Assembly (NCBI GenBank): GCA_964016885.1
Contig: CAXHJY010001504.1
Coordinates: forward strand, 186,001 to 250,000
DNA length: 64,000 nucleotides
DNA from: Eledone cirrhosa
Taxonomy: Eukaryota
Direction of reading: 5' to 3'
In this document: piece after piece, positions 26,095 to 41,752 of the stretch
Numbering within the stretch: position 1 is the stretch's first letter
Layout: each line of letters begins with the position of its first letter
Notes under the pieces: model-generated
Told to the model about the DNA's origin: nothing
Databases searched by the model: none
What the model saw: only the letters and a program-made list of their open reading frames with translations
Program-made: the position numbers and the translations under genes

Positions 26095-26269
26095 ACGAAG
26101 GAAATGTGGTAAGGAACCAGGTAGACCATAACGCACCAAAGTACTCAATACTTGAGGTAGTAGAGTGGGTAATAGGAACCAGTAAGACCCCGACAGCTGA
26201 GCTCAAGCCGTTTCGTCCAGAATTAGCCGTCGAAACGGCTTGAGCTCAGCTGTCGGGGTCTTACTGGTT

Positions 26270-26274
<5 letters not shown>
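26094..26274 (-). mobile_element. Family D fold-back tail copy
   Basis: Arms gaccccgacagctgagctcaagccgtttcg/cgaaacggcttgagctcagctgtcggggtc. Confidence 0.65.
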
Positions 26275-26301
<27 letters not shown>

Positions 26302-26304
<3 letters not shown>

Positions 26305-26540
26305 TAAAATAACAGATTAAAGTTTAAGCAAAGAATCGCTGCTTTCACCCTTAACGGGATTTCCTGAAACTCTGAGTTTCCGAAGATCCCGTTAAGGGTG
26401 AAAGCAGCGATTCTTTGCTTAAATTTTAATCTGTTGTTTTAATAAATATTTGCTCTACGGTTCTTATATATTTGAAATATATTTATCCTTATCGAGCCCT
26501 CTTTGGATTTTAGTCTTCAAATTTTTAGTATTACTATATA
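26302..26540 (+). mobile_element. Family E fold-back tail copy
   Basis: Near-identical to 15548-15780, with the same inversion axis. Confidence 0.6.
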
Positions 26541-26608
26541 TATATATATATATACATACCAAAATTATTAAGGTATCATGTCTGAGAATATCAGAATCAT
26601 ATATATAT

Positions 26609-26796
26609 GAAAGTGATCAACACAAAATATAACTTCTCCATTACCAAAGGTTTCTGGATCCCAGATAATAATATACGTTTGGATCGGTCGTTTCTGGGAT
26701 CCAGAAACCTTTGATAATGCAGTAGTTATATTTTGTGTTCTTCACTTTCTAATTAAATAGCTCTGTTCTATACACAGAGCACTCTTTTGCCCCCAA
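26609..26796 (+). mobile_element. Penelope-like fold-back tail (family G)
   Basis: tttc-tggatcccaga-loop-tctgggatcca-gaaa. The left arm read on the minus strand gives GAA-ACC-TTT-GGT-A (stem III plus GUA). Confidence 0.6.
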
Positions 26797-27069
26797 TATA
26801 TATATATATATATATATATACACAAGCCCACATAAGCAGCCACAAGGATATTTAGATTAATATGATAGTAATTGGATTAATTAATCTATATGTTCTGTGA
26901 CAAAATTAATATTTTCAAATACTCAGTACTTATTTCTAGCAAAGGATTATTCACTTTCATCAATATACACTTACATACAGCCTACATATGTATCAATCGA
27001 TCTGTCAATCAATATATGTGCATATATATATATATACATATATACATATATATAATGACAGTAATAAAT

Positions 27070-27202
27070 AATTTTCTACTTTTTGGCACAAGGCCAGCAA
27101 TTATCTCAGTACATTACTGGTACATTATTATATTGACCCCGTAAGGATGAAAGGCAAAGTCAACCTCGGCGGGAATTGATCTCAGATCGTAAAGGGGCGT
27201 AA
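27070..27202 (-). mobile_element. Dominant SINE copy
   Basis: Reverse complement of the central and tail motifs. Another partial copy at ~17496-17582. Confidence 0.8.
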
Positions 27203-27308
27203 TAATGTATATGTGTGTGTATATATATATATATCTGTATTATATATATACATATATAAATATATATGTATGTATTTATATATATATACATATATATATA
27301 ATTATATT

Positions 27309-27348
<40 letters not shown>

Positions 27349-27536
27349 ACCATGATAATATGTATGCATACTATTTATATATATGCACATACATATATAT
27401 ATATATATATATGTATGTATACTGCCAAAACGTGAATTGAACCATCAGCACAGTTGAGGTATGTCAGTACCTCTGAAATATGTATAATAAAATATATTTG
27501 ATCACATGAATGCCTATATTTATTAATATTTTGAAG

Positions 27537-27594
<58 letters not shown>

Positions 27595-27773
27595 ACACAC
27601 ACATATATATATATGTATATATCTATGTATATATATACATACATATATATATGTATGTATGTATATGTATATATATTTATATGTATATATATGTGTATAT
27701 ATGTATATATATTTATATGTATACATATATATGTATATATGTATATATACATATATGCATGTATATATATATG

Positions 27774-27805
<32 letters not shown>

Positions 27806-27921
27806 TATGTGTATATATGTATGTATATATATATGTGTGTGTATGCATATATATATATGTATGTATGTATGTATATGTATGTATGTATGTATGTATATAT
27901 ATGTATGTATGTATATATATG

Positions 27922-27953
<32 letters not shown>

Positions 27954-28156
27954 TTATGTATGCTTATATGCATGTATATATGTATGTATATATATATATG
28001 TATGTATATATATATATATGTATGTATATATATATGTATGTATGTATATATATATGCATGTATATATATATATATATATGTATATATATGTATATATATA
28101 TATGTATATATATGTATATATATATATGTACATATATATATATGTATATATGTTTG

Positions 28157-28189
<33 letters not shown>

Positions 28190-28192
28190 GTA

Positions 28193-28240
<48 letters not shown>

Positions 28241-28350
28241 TATATATCTATATATATATACATATATATGTATGTATATATATATAAGTATATATCTATA
28301 TATATATACTTATATATATATGTATATATCTCTCTATATATATATCTATA

Positions 28351-28381
<31 letters not shown>

Positions 28382-28709
28382 GTATATACTTACATACATA
28401 TATAAATATATATATATGTATATATCTATATATACATATATACATACATATATATACATACATACATATATATATATATCTATATATATATACATATATA
28501 CATACATATATATACATACATACATATATATATATATATACATATATACATACATATATATATATATATACATACATACATATATATATACATATATACA
28601 TACATATATATATACATATATACATACATATATACATATATACATACATATATATATTTATATACATACATATATATATTTATATACATATATACATACA
28701 TATATTTAT

Positions 28710-28742
<33 letters not shown>

Positions 28743-28761
28743 TATATACATATATACATAC

Positions 28762-29015
28762 ATACCCATCATTATTGGAGCTACGGGTTATATACCAACC
28801 CGCTTGGACCAAAGTATGACTGAACTTGGATTTGCGGACAAAAAGCGCAGCCCCCTAATTCATAGTCTACAAATGGCTGCGATAGCTGGCACCTTCAAAA
28901 TTAGCAAAACATTCTTGCGATTCAAGGGATGACAATTTCTTTTCTTATACAACTTTGCCACCAGGAAGGTGGCCGGTCTGAAAAAATATACTCGAAATTA
29001 AGAGAAAGAGAAAAC
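28762..29015 (+). mobile_element. Second R4-like (restriction-like endonuclease) non-LTR 3' end
   Basis: [56 protein letters not shown] (28762-28932). Embedded in CATA-rich repeats. Confidence 0.75.
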
Positions 29016-29197
29016 ATACATACATATATATATATACATATATACATACATACATATATATATACATATATACATACATATATATATACATACATATATA
29101 AATATATCTATATATGTACATATATATATATATATAAATACATATATAAATATATCTATATATGTACATATATATATATATATATATATATACATAC

Positions 29198-29252
<55 letters not shown>

Positions 29253-29367
29253 CATATATAAATATATCTATATATGTATATATATATACATACATATATA
29301 AATATATCTATATATGTACATATATATATCTATATATATCTATATATCTCTCTATATATATATATAC

Positions 29368-29426
<59 letters not shown>

Positions 29427-29452
29427 CATACATATATAAATATATCTATATA

Positions 29453-29540
<88 letters not shown>

Positions 29541-29779
29541 CATATATAAATATATCTATATATGTGCATATATATCTATATATATATATAACGTGCAAGT
29601 GTGTGGTCATCATCACTTATGTGTATCTTTATCGGAAATCTCAAAGAGATTCAGCGTGACACAGTATGAAACAATATTGGCCATTTAAATCAGAGAAACA
29701 ACTCATTTGGTACTGGAGGCCATAAATATATACAAGGCTCACGTAGACTCGAAGTCACTGGCTTACTAATAAAACCATT

Positions 29780-30695
29780 GTGTAAACACAGCTACAAGTG
29801 TCACAACTACTATGGTATGTGATTCACAACTGTACAATTGTTTGGTTAATGGACTCTACAATAGTACCACTTCGTTAATAATCTCACCACTATAGAACCA
29901 ACTATACAACTAATAGGTTCACAACAACACAACTACTAGGTTACCACTAGTTTAACGGAAACACAACTACACAACTATTACGTTAACAGAGGCTCAAGTA
30001 CACAACTATTTGATTCAGAGACTCACAACATCACTATGACTAGATTAATAGCTTCACAACAACACGACTACTAGGTTACTAGACTTTCAATTACACAACC
30101 ACTAGTTTAATGGAAACACAACTACACAACTATTACTTTCACAGAGGCTCAAGTACACAACTATTTGATTCAGAGACTCACAACTACACCATAACTAGAT
30201 TAATAGCTTCACAACAACACAACCATTACGTTATTAGACTCACAACAACACAATCACTAATTTAACGGAAACACAACTACACAACTATTACATTAATAGA
30301 GAGACGCAAATACACAACTATTTGATTCACATACTCACAACTACACCATGACTAGATTAATAGATTCATAACTCCATGACTACTCAATTAACAGTCATAA
30401 CTACATAAGCCCTAGATTAGCAATGTCACTACACAACTACAAGATTAATAGACTCACAACACAACCATTACTTTATTAGACTCACGCGCACGCAACCACT
30501 AGTTTAACAGAGACACAGCTACAAGTTCGTAGACTCACAACTTCACAACTAATAGACTAACAGTGTCACAACTACTCAACTACTAGTTTAGTAGAATCAC
30601 AACTATCTTACCACGTTAATAACCCCACAACACTACTACTAGGTTATTAGAGATATAGCTGACAAACTACTAAGTTAATAGTTCCACAACTAAAC
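29780..30695. repeat. Degenerate ~31-bp tandem repeat with ~155-bp higher-order period
   Basis: Recurring cacaactacac..agattaata monomers. ggaaacacaactacacaactatta recurs about every 155 bp. Confidence 0.8.
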
Positions 30696-30861
30696 AAAAT
30701 GTTCAGTGTTTCACTGCTATTCAAAACCATAGAAATGCGTGGTAGTTTATTGAGGCTGTTCCACTGTTAGTTTATTTTGGCAGATACACTGATCCACTGA
30801 TACAGTGATTCACTGATCCATGTATCCACTGCTGCGGTGATTATATATATATATATATATA

Positions 30862-31236
30862 AGAAAACGATCGCGAATACAAGCGGCCGAAATGAGATTC
30901 CTACGAAGAGTCTTAGGAGTAACGTTACTCGATAAATTGCGTAACTCGGAGATCAGAAAGTCAGTTCATGTAGAACCACTACTTCTCTGAATTGAGAGAT
31001 CTCAGCTCAGATACTATGGTCATGTGGTTAGAATGTATCAGGAATGAATCGCTGGACATATTTTACGGACAAAGCCAACAGGCAAGAAATTCAGGGGTAG
31101 TCCCCGAGCTTGGCTTGTCATCCTTGGGGATCAAGCCGGATCAGTTGGAGAATGTTGCTTCTGACAAGACTCGCTGGAAGGTGTGTTTGAGGATTCTGCC
31201 CACACGATCCTCTCAAGAATAAGTAAGCGAAGAAGA
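30862..31236 (+). mobile_element. RTE-clade LINE 3' fragment
   Basis: KRSRIQAAEMRFLRRVLGVTLLDKLRNSEIRKSVHVEPLLL*IERSQLRYYGHVVRM, a typical RTE post-RT C-terminus. Not in the ORF track. Confidence 0.85.
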
Positions 31237-31618
31237 TATATATATATATATATATATATTAGTGTTGAATGAAACCAAGATTAAAAGCTGGTTTCAATTT
31301 GTATGAACTATTTATGCTCTCACAGTCTTTAAATAGGATTTGATTCCTACTTAGCGTCGACTTTAACTACGCATAGAACTTAGCAAACAAGATAGTGAAT
31401 TCTTCCACTATAATTACTTATATATATAGGGAGAAAAAACGATTATTAGGAAGGAAAATATATTTTTTTCCTTATATTTTTCTCTTTTTTCTGGTTTAGA
31501 AAATGTTTAAAACAAAATATTTTACTTTATCTGAAGTGTTAAGTGATTTGGTAATTTATTTATTAATTAACAATAGCATTGATTTATTTACTTATTAATT
31601 TATTTATTTAATGATTAT

Positions 31619-31656
31619 CAATTACCGGTTTCAGCATTTTATGCATTATCAGATTA
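31619..31656 (-). ncRNA. Degenerate minimal hammerhead (G8->A)
   Basis: Minus strand TAAT-CTGATAA-TGCA-TAAAA-TGCT-GAAACCGGTA-ATTG. The C3:A8 mismatch predicts inactivity. Confidence 0.5.
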
Positions 31657-32175
31657 TGTGGGTGGGAGAGAAAAGAGATAGAGATAGATACATAGAAAGA
31701 GAGAGAGAGAGAGAGAGAGATTAGGATAGTTAATACGAAGCATTGTGAGATGTCTAATAAATACATAAATATTTATTCAGCTGAGTGGACTGTAGCAACG
31801 TGAAATAAAGTGGCTTGCTCGAGGACACAACGCACCGTTGGCAGCCGAGCATCTTAACCACACCATCTTTGATTTGAACATGCTAACGACTCCAGCAGGC
31901 GCCTTCACCACACCACCTTTGATTCCAATGTATTATAACAATTCATAAGTAATATGAAGCAAGCCATTGTGTGCAACTGGTGAGATAAAGGGGACTATTG
32001 GTGGAAATGTAAAGCTTTTGAGTTTGGGCTACAATGAGATGTAATTTCCATCTATTAACTATCAACTATATAAACATTTCTTTTGGCCAGATTCCATCCA
32101 CATATGAATGGCTGGTATCAATGTTATTAAATGTTATCTATATGTTTCACGGCATTGTATATATCAATGATATGC

Positions 32176-32223
<48 letters not shown>

Positions 32224-32224
32224 G

Positions 32225-32275
<51 letters not shown>

Positions 32276-32342
32276 ATATGTGTATTTATGTGTTTATATA
32301 TATATCTATATATATCTACCAATCTCTCTCTCTAGTTATATA

Positions 32343-32407
<65 letters not shown>

Positions 32408-32538
32408 GTATGGATATGTGTATTTATGTGTTTATATATATATATATTTATATACCAATCTCTCTCTCTATATATATACCACAATATATATATATATCTA
32501 CCAATCTATCTAATCTATATATCTATACACCTACCTAC

Positions 32539-32604
<66 letters not shown>

Positions 32605-32612
32605 TCCTACCA

Positions 32613-32647
<35 letters not shown>

Positions 32648-32917
32648 AATATTTGTCCCCTTCTTTTGTGCCCCTGTGGCTAATAAAGAAATATATCTAT
32701 CTATCTATCAATATATCTATCTACCTATCTATCTATTTATCTATCTATGTATCTACATATCTATCCCTCTCTCTCTCACCCCCTCTCTCTATCTATCTAT
32801 AATCAGCTATAAAAACGCCAACATTCTAGGTATGTAAGTATATATAATCATCTAGGTAGTTATATATTTAAGAACGTATGCGTATATATATATATGTCTG
32901 TAGAAATATTTATAAAC

Positions 32918-32993
<76 letters not shown>

Positions 32994-33818
32994 CATATAT
33001 ACATAGGCACGTATATACATACATATATATGTGTGTCTTGTGCACATGTACGTTTTTGTATGCCTTTATATATGCATGTATATATTTATATAAGCTTATA
33101 TAACTGCACACGGACACACATAGACACAGATACAAATGTATTATATATATATACATATATATATAAATACACACACACGCACAGACACGCCCCCCCCCCC
33201 CACACACATATATATATATAAATATATAGAAGCATCAATTCACTCACATGTTCAATGACTAATCCATCCTCATCCAGCTCAAAGAAATCAACAAAAAGGA
33301 ACTTATGAAATAAATCTTTGTTAAATCATATCACAGACGTATTTGCAATATTTAACAGAATTGCAGGGAAAAACAAAACGAAAACACCAACACAAAATCC
33401 AGAAAAATATACACGGCCATCAATCAAAAACGAAAGACGGGGAAAATCTGGTTTTATTTTATCTCGTTACACCAAGAAATTACTACTTTGTAAAAGCAGA
33501 TGAGAAACCCATTAAAATAGCAAACAGTTTTCATTCAATAAAGCTTAAATGAAGACTGTATATCCTGTTATTTAAAGCAACGCTTACTGCTTGAATTTAC
33601 GAAACGTCCGTTAAACATGCGCTGGTTTCCGGTACGAATATTTTTCCTGGTAGAGAGAGAGAGATGTGAGTGGGTAAAAACATCATTTTTATCAAAGGAG
33701 TATTATGTGATGTGTACGTACGTATTTAAGTATGTATGTGTGTATCTCTGGATATACATACATACATATGTGTATATGTGGGTGTATATATATATATATA
33801 TTTATATACATATATATA

Positions 33819-33897
<79 letters not shown>

Positions 33898-34125
33898 GTA
33901 TACATTTGTATAGGTATGATTGTATGTATATATATACATGCACACGTACATATATATGTATAAGTATAGAAATGCATATATATATATATATATATATACA
34001 TACACACACATATATATATATACATATATATATATATACATACATATATACATACATATATACATATATATTTATATACATACACACACACATATATATA
34101 TACATATATATATATATACATACAA

Positions 34126-34280
<155 letters not shown>

Positions 34281-35489
34281 CATACATACATATATATGTA
34301 TATATATATAGATGCATATATATATATATGTGTGGCGGGGGGGGGGGGGGGCGTGTCTGTGCGTGTGTGTGTATTTATATATATATGTATATATATATAA
34401 TACATTTGTATCTGTGTCTATGTGTGTCCGTGTGCAGTTATATATGCTTATATAAATATATACATGCATATATAAAGGCATACAAAAACATACATACATA
34501 CATACATACATAGATATGTATATATATATATAGATGCAGATATATAAGTATATATATATTATACATAATGCCATTTTTGGTTGGTAGTTGTTAGTTGTTA
34601 AGAGTGAATTTAAAACGATTTCTAATCAATTTTTCTATTGCTTCCATCAATTTCTACAAATGTCTTGGAATATTAACAGTTATTTATCTACTTATTCATT
34701 TATTCGTTTATTTATTTATTTGTGTATTTATTTATCTATTTGCTGCTTCGTTATTCTTCGTTATTTTTCGTTACTTTTCGTTGTTTTTCGTTGTTTTTCG
34801 CTGCTTCGTTGTTTTTCGCTGTATGTCAATGTGTACGTGTTTCTATGCTAACGTTGGTGAGTCTGTGTTGTGTTGATATTCATTCATACTTTTCAGTGCA
34901 TAAATACATAGTTATATAATACATATATAGATACATACATACATAGATATATACATACAGACATACATACATAGTTATATACATACATACATATATACAT
35001 ATATACATACAAAATTACAAACATACATATATACATACATAGCTATACAAATACATTCATACATCCATACACATACATACATACACATATATAGAGATAA
35101 ATAGATGCACATACACACATACACATACACACACGTATTATGTATGACTATAAACACTTGGTTCTATATTTGTAGAGAATATATCATAAACTGTAAAGCA
35201 TGTATACACACAAAACTCCTAAGCAAACGCATACACATGCATACACACACATGCACACACATGCATACACTCACATACACACATGCATATACACATGCAC
35301 ACATACGCACATGCATATACACATATAAACATGCATACACATACATACACACACTCATATACACATACATAGAAGTAGGTGTTTGTGCTCAAACATAGAA
35401 AGCATACTTTCATTATTAAGTTTTATATGTGCTTCTTTCATCATTATATATATATGTATATATACATATACATGTATACACACACAAAA

Positions 35490-35735
35490 ACAAGATGGCG
35501 TAGGACAGAACAAAGGAGAGGCACAAAACAAAGAAAAGAATCCCAGTCACTGAAGAGGTCACAGAATGTGTGACGAAAGAACTTTGACAATATATGAACA
35601 ATCATCCGGTTGTGGAACCAATCAACCAACCGGAAATTTATAAATTCTTAAATGTATAAATTTAATTTATAATAAATTGGAGTTAAACAACTGGTGCGGG
35701 TGTTTCATATTGGCAACATGACCCTCCCAAAGTAT

Positions 35736-35740
<5 letters not shown>
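35490..35740 (+). mobile_element. Penelope-like tail (family H)
   Basis: Hammerhead plus tail ending atgaccctccc..aagtataacaa(TA)n. Related sequence at ~10300-10560 (-) and ~26005-26070 (+). Confidence 0.55.
35546..35588 (+). ncRNA. Minimal hammerhead ribozyme (family H)
   Basis: GTCA-CTGAAGA-G-GTCACA-GAATG-TGTGAC-GAA-AG-AA-CT-T-TGAC. Stems I and II are perfect, with one extra G before stem II. A related core-mutated copy lies on the minus strand at ~10411-10453. Confidence 0.7.
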
Positions 35741-35781
<41 letters not shown>

Positions 35782-35913
35782 GTATATATATATTCATGTA
35801 TCTTTATATATATATTTGTTAAAGTATTTCCGTAGGAAAGGTAAAGGAAAAGAGAGTGCTCTATATATGTGTGTATATGTATATATATGTATGTATGTAT
35901 ATGTATAAATATA

Positions 35914-35984
<71 letters not shown>

Positions 35985-36592
35985 CAGGTCACCAGTTGGT
36001 GCTACTGGTAACATGTATCCCAGTACAACCTGTCCCATGGTCGGGTCGTTGGCGACTAAACTGGCAACCCCACCAAGGTTTCTTGGTGAGGAAGGTGACG
36101 TTGGACATCCTGCAGGACTAAAAACAAAACCTGTCAAAGGGCAAAGGATCCCTTAAGAGTCAATGGCCATCCAAAATCACCGGGAGAGATGACCCCTTAG
36201 CCTTTGTCAAGGCAGAATTCTAGGAGAAGGAAAACTCTGATATAACACCTGCAACCCTGATGGTATCCAATGATGTTGACTTGTTCTTCTTTTTGGTAAA
36301 TATCTTCTTGGTTAAGAGAGTGGGACTGGCTTTGTCCAGTGCCTTTGCTCACTATAAAAGCTTCACGGCACAGGCATTGCTTTATATCTGGAGATCTCTC
36401 TGCACTTGTCGTCACATGGTACCATGGGCCCAGCACTATGTGTCAATAATTGTAACAAGTGTAGTGTTTGTACCAGAGCTTTCAAGTCGCTGGCTGGACT
36501 AAAAAGTCACACTTGTTCAGCGCATTAATAGGGGTTCTCCTACATGGATATAAAGTAGTGGCCGTACTCGAAAACGAGTTGGCAGCCATCAT
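35985..36592 (+). repeat. Dispersed repeat family (possible LINE 5' region or non-autonomous retroelement)
   Basis: Shares ggaaaactctga..aatgatgttgac..gagagtggga..ggcattgct..gcagccatc with ~13205-13572 and partly with ~10700-10850. Confidence 0.55.
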
Positions 36593-38215
36593 ATATATAT
36601 GTATAAATATATATATGTATATATATATATATATATGTGTGTATATATATGTAAATATTTATGTATATATGTATATATATGTGTATATATGTATATGTAT
36701 ATATATATGTATATGTATATATAGGTATATATGTAGGAGGTGAGTTATATTGTAGTACAATAAAGCAATGCAGATATCGGATAAGAAGCACTCTACAGTT
36801 TGTAGGACTGGAGTATGCATAATATAAGATCAAAAGATGGTTAAAGGAGTTACATGGAACTCCTTTAACCATCTTTTGATCTTATATTATAGGTATATAT
36901 ATATATGTATATATATTAATATATATTTATATATTTATATGTGTGAGTGTGTGTATACATAGTATGCATGATATTTAGTCGTTTTTGACAGATAGGAGGC
37001 ACGTGTATATATGTATACACATATGTATTTGTGTGTGTTAGTGTGTGTGTGTGATCTGAAGGAAATACTTATGGATAATTAGATGACAATATAAGCCCGC
37101 CCCCAAAAGATTTACGTTACTATAAGCACAGATGCATTGTGGAGGGCTGTTTCTTAGGAATAGCTTATGCAAACGATAATACATTCAGCGCCATCAGCAC
37201 TCACTCACCCATACACACCACCACCACCACCACCACAGCCACCAGAACGAACATCACCAAAAACAACAACAACACCTCCAACACCCAACCACCACCACCA
37301 CCACCACCACCACACTCAAACACACAACAACCACCACACCACCACCACCACCATCACCACAACCGCCACCCATCATCATCACAACCACCACAACTACTAC
37401 CAACACCAGCAGCAGCACCACCACCACAATGAACACCACAGCCAACACCACCAACAGCACCCCCAACACAACCTCCATCACCACAATCACCACCACCTCC
37501 AACTTCAATAACACGACCACCATGACCATCTACACAACCACTGCAACTACCACCACCACCACCACCAACATGACGACCGCCACCACCTCCAACTTTCCCA
37601 CCACCACCACCAACTTCAATAACACGTCCACCACCACAACCACAGCCACGACGACCAACACCACCACCTCCGCCACCACTACCTCCAACTTCAATACCAC
37701 CAGCACCACCAGCATCACCACCAACATCACCACCACCACCAACTTCACTACAACCATAACCATCACCACTACCACCACCACCACCACCACCACCAACACC
37801 AACAACAACACCTCCAACACCATCACACTACCATCTGCCCCCCCCTCCTACCCCCCCCCCCCCACCACCAACATCACCACAACCATAACCGTCACCACTA
37901 CCACCACCAACGCCACCACCACGCTACCCCCACCAACATCACCACACAAACAATGCCCCCCCCCCCCCCAGTTAATCCGACTCAGCAGGAAACATGTGTC
38001 AGACCAATAGAGCTAGGTAGGAAACTCGTCGTGTTGTGTTTACGGTTTCAAATTGCAGCCTTGAGGGTGAAGTATGTCTCGACAGAGTGAGCAGGCCTTC
38101 CATAACACCTTTCTCATGTTTCACTCCTCTCCCCTCTCCCACTCTCCTCTCCCATCTCCCCTTCTCCCCTCTCCTCTCTCTCTCTCTCTCTCTCACCTCT
38201 CTCTCTCTCTCTCTC

Positions 38216-38269
<54 letters not shown>

Positions 38270-39644
38270 CTTCTCTTACTACCTCTCCTTTCTCTCTGCA
38301 TCCCCTCTCGTCTTCTTTCTCCCCCCTCCCCCTCTCCTCCTCTCCTCTCTCTCTCGTCTTCTCTTACTACCTCTCCTTTCTCTCTGCATCCCCTCTCTTC
38401 TTCTTTCTCTCCTCTCCCCTCTTCCCCCTCTCCCTCCTTCGTCTTCTCTTCTTTCTCTCCTCGCCTCTCTTCTCTCTCCTCATCTCTCTTCCCTCTCCTC
38501 ATCTCTTACTAGTTCTTCTGTCTCCCTCCCCCCATCACTTACTTCTTCTTTCTCTCCTCCCCCTCTCTGCCCTCTTCTTTCTCTACTGTCCCCCTCCTCC
38601 TCTTCTCTTACTACTCTTCTTTCTCCCTTCCCCCTCTCTTGCTTCTTCTTTTCCTCCCCCTCCCCCACGACTCTTACGTCTTCTTTCTTTAACTTCCTCC
38701 TCATCTCTTCCATATTTCTTTCTTCTCTCCTCTTTCTCTCCTCAACTTCTCCTTTTCTTTCCCCTCTCTTTATCCCCCTCTCTTGCTTGCTCTTTCTCAC
38801 CTCCTCTTCCTTCTCTCTCTTACATATTCTTCTTCCTCCCCTGCTCCATTGCACTCCACTCTCCCTTTGCTATATTCCCCTCCCCCCATTTTTTTTTCTC
38901 GTCAACCATTGTCACTATCACAATCAACATCATCATTAACTTCGCCGCTATCAACATCATCATCATCATCATCATCATTACCTCCATCATCATCATCATC
39001 ATCGTCGTCATCTTGATCAGTTTTCATCATCCTCATCCTCACCACCACCACCACTCATACTAACTTCGTCATCATCATCATCATCATCATCTTCAACATC
39101 ATCATCATCATCATCATCATCATCAACATCATTATCATCATCTTCCACACCACCACCACCACAACCACCAAATACTAACTTCGTCATCATTATCATCTTC
39201 AACATCAGCATCATCATCATCATCTTCCACACTAATACCACCACCACCACAACAACCACCACCACCAATACTAACTTCGTCATCATCATCATCATCATCA
39301 TCTTCAACATCATCATCATCATCATCATCATCATCAACATCATTATCATCATCTTCCACACCACCACCACCACAACCACCAAATACTAACTTCGTCATCA
39401 TTATCATCTTCAACATCAGCATCATCATCATCATTTTCCACACTAACACCACCACCACCACAACCACCACCACCAATACTAACTTCGTCATCATCATCAT
39501 CATCATTATGGTCGATTTTCTATTAATCGATCAAGAAACATTTCAATCAGACCAGCTCTGGTTTATTCACCAAGACCATCACCGATGTTAACACCTTCAC
39601 CTCCAGAACTACAAGAACAACAACAATTACGGCCATCATCTACT

Positions 39645-40537
39645 TCTATAGCCATCACCATCACCTCTATAGCCATCACCATAACCTTTATAGCCATCAC
39701 CATCACCTCTATAGCCATCACCATTACCTCTATAGCCATCACCATCACCTTTATAGCCATCACCATCACCTCTATAGCCATCACCATCACCTTTATAGCC
39801 ATCACCATCACCTCTATAACCATCACCATCACCTATATAGCCATCACCATCACCTCTATAGCCATCACCATCACCTCTATAGCCATCACCACACCTCTAT
39901 AGCCATCACCACACCTCTATAGCCATCACTATCACCTATATAACCATCACCATCACCTATATAGCCATCACCATCACCTCTATAGCCATCACCATCACCT
40001 CTATAGCCATCACCATCACCTCTATAGCCATAACCATCACCTCTATAGCCATCACCATCACCTCTATAGCCATCACCACACCTCTATAGCCATCACCATC
40101 ACCTCTATAGCCATCACCATAACCTCTATAGCCATCACCATCACCTCTGTAGCCATCACCATCACCTCTGTAGCCATCAACACACCTCTGTAGCCATCAA
40201 CATAACCTCTATAGCCATCACCATCACCTCTGTAGCCATCACCACACCTCTGTAGCCATCAACATAACCTCTATAGCGATCACCATCACCTCTATAGCCA
40301 TCACCATCACCTCTATAGCCATCACCATCACCTCTATAGCCATCACTACACCTCTGTAGCCATCACCACACCTCTGTAGCCATTACCACACCTCTATAGC
40401 CATCACCACACCTCTGTAGCCATCACCACACCTCTATAGTCATCACGATCACCTCTGTAGCCATCACCACACCTCTATAGCCATCACTATAACCTCTATA
40501 GCCATCACCACACCTCTGTAGCCATCACCACACCTCA
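39645..40537. repeat. 20/21-bp minisatellite (cacctctatagccatcaccat)
   Basis: About 40 directly visible tandem units. Confidence 0.95.
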
Positions 40538-40550
40538 ATAACTTGTGCAA

Positions 40551-40730
40551 CAGTATCGGTAGAGCATCTGACGCAATGCTTTGCAGCATAGAGTTATGGC
40601 CCGTTACGTTCTAAGTTCAAAACCTGCCGAGGTTAACTTTGTCTTTCATCCTTACGGGGTCGATAAAATAAAGTACCAGTAATGCACTGGGATAATTACT
40701 GGCCTTGTGTTCCAAAGTAGATAAATTATT
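40551..40730 (+). mobile_element. Dominant SINE copy
   Basis: Head, central and tail motifs present. Confidence 0.85.
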
Positions 40731-41059
40731 ATATATCAAACAGTAAGATGGTCATGTTGGATTGTCTTTTATGTTAGGTCTGCTCAATGGAAGCCAATTT
40801 GAGAGAAATAAACGCCAATAACATTCGTCGCCCACTTTAACACCCATACGACCTGGCACTTAGGGAGACTTTTGGCAGAGTCCATTTTGTTGTAAACACT
40901 CCACTCGGGTAGGGTTCCCTCTTCGAAAATACCCAAATCCTTTCCTCCCATCTTCTACTCTCGTAGCCCTTTAAAAGGGTCACAACCACTGAACTTTTCT
41001 CCATGGCTCTACAATAATAATTCTTTCTAGCATTGGCACAATATATATATATATATATA

Positions 41060-41455
41060 CAGGTAAAATTCCGTTATAAAGAATACCATTATAACGAATT
41101 TTTCAGTATAACGAAATTTTTTTCTATTCCCAGCCACACGCTCAAAGTGTTAGGTTGATCTCGTATAAAGAATTTTTCTTTACAATACATAATTGTTCGT
41201 GTAAATCACCGCATATTCGCGGACTCCTAAATATCTTCCGCGATTTTTAATGCCTATTTTCGTGGTAGTACATAATTGTTCATGCTTTTTAATGCTAAAT
41301 TATTAATAACAACATAGCTTATTTGCTGACCTATATTTTACGTTATGTTTTGACTTTTATAGGCATTTTTATGGACTATGTCCAATATTCGCGGTTTTTC
41401 ACTCTTCGGTGGTTCTGTAGGGACGTTACCCCTGCGAATACCGGGGGACAACTGT
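41060..41455. mobile_element. pogo/Tigger-like DNA transposon remnants
   Basis: TA-CAGGTAAAATTCCGTTATAA.. left end and ..CCCTGCGAATACCGGGGGACAACTG-TA right end. The ends do not match, so these are probably two elements. Confidence 0.5.
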
Positions 41456-41581
41456 ATGTATGTACGTATGTATGTATGTATGTATGTATGTATGTGTGTA
41501 TGCATGTATATATATGTATGCATATGTGTATATGTATATATATGTTTGTATATGTGTCTCGTATGTATATGTTTTCGATGG

Positions 41582-41752
41582 ATTGGCAGTATCGGTAGAG
41601 AGTCGGACGCTTTGCTTTGCAGCATAGAGTTACGGCCCTTTATGGACTGAGTTCAGATCCCACCGAGGTTAACTTTGCCTTTACGTGGTCGATAAAATAC
41701 CAGTAATACACTGGGGTAATTGCTGGCCTTGTGCCAAAAGTAGAAACAATTA
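41582..41752 (+). mobile_element. Dominant SINE copy
   Basis: Head, partially deleted centre, and tail. Confidence 0.8.

Noticed and set aside
35490-35640. YY1/ETS/Sox motif cluster as an enhancer
   Set aside because: Better explained as the family H hammerhead-bearing repeat, which has other copies in the window.
37139-39902. Mucin-like Thr-rich, Ser/Leu-rich and Asp-rich ORFs
   Set aside because: Derived from (ACC)n, (CT)n, (TCA)n and the 21-bp minisatellite.
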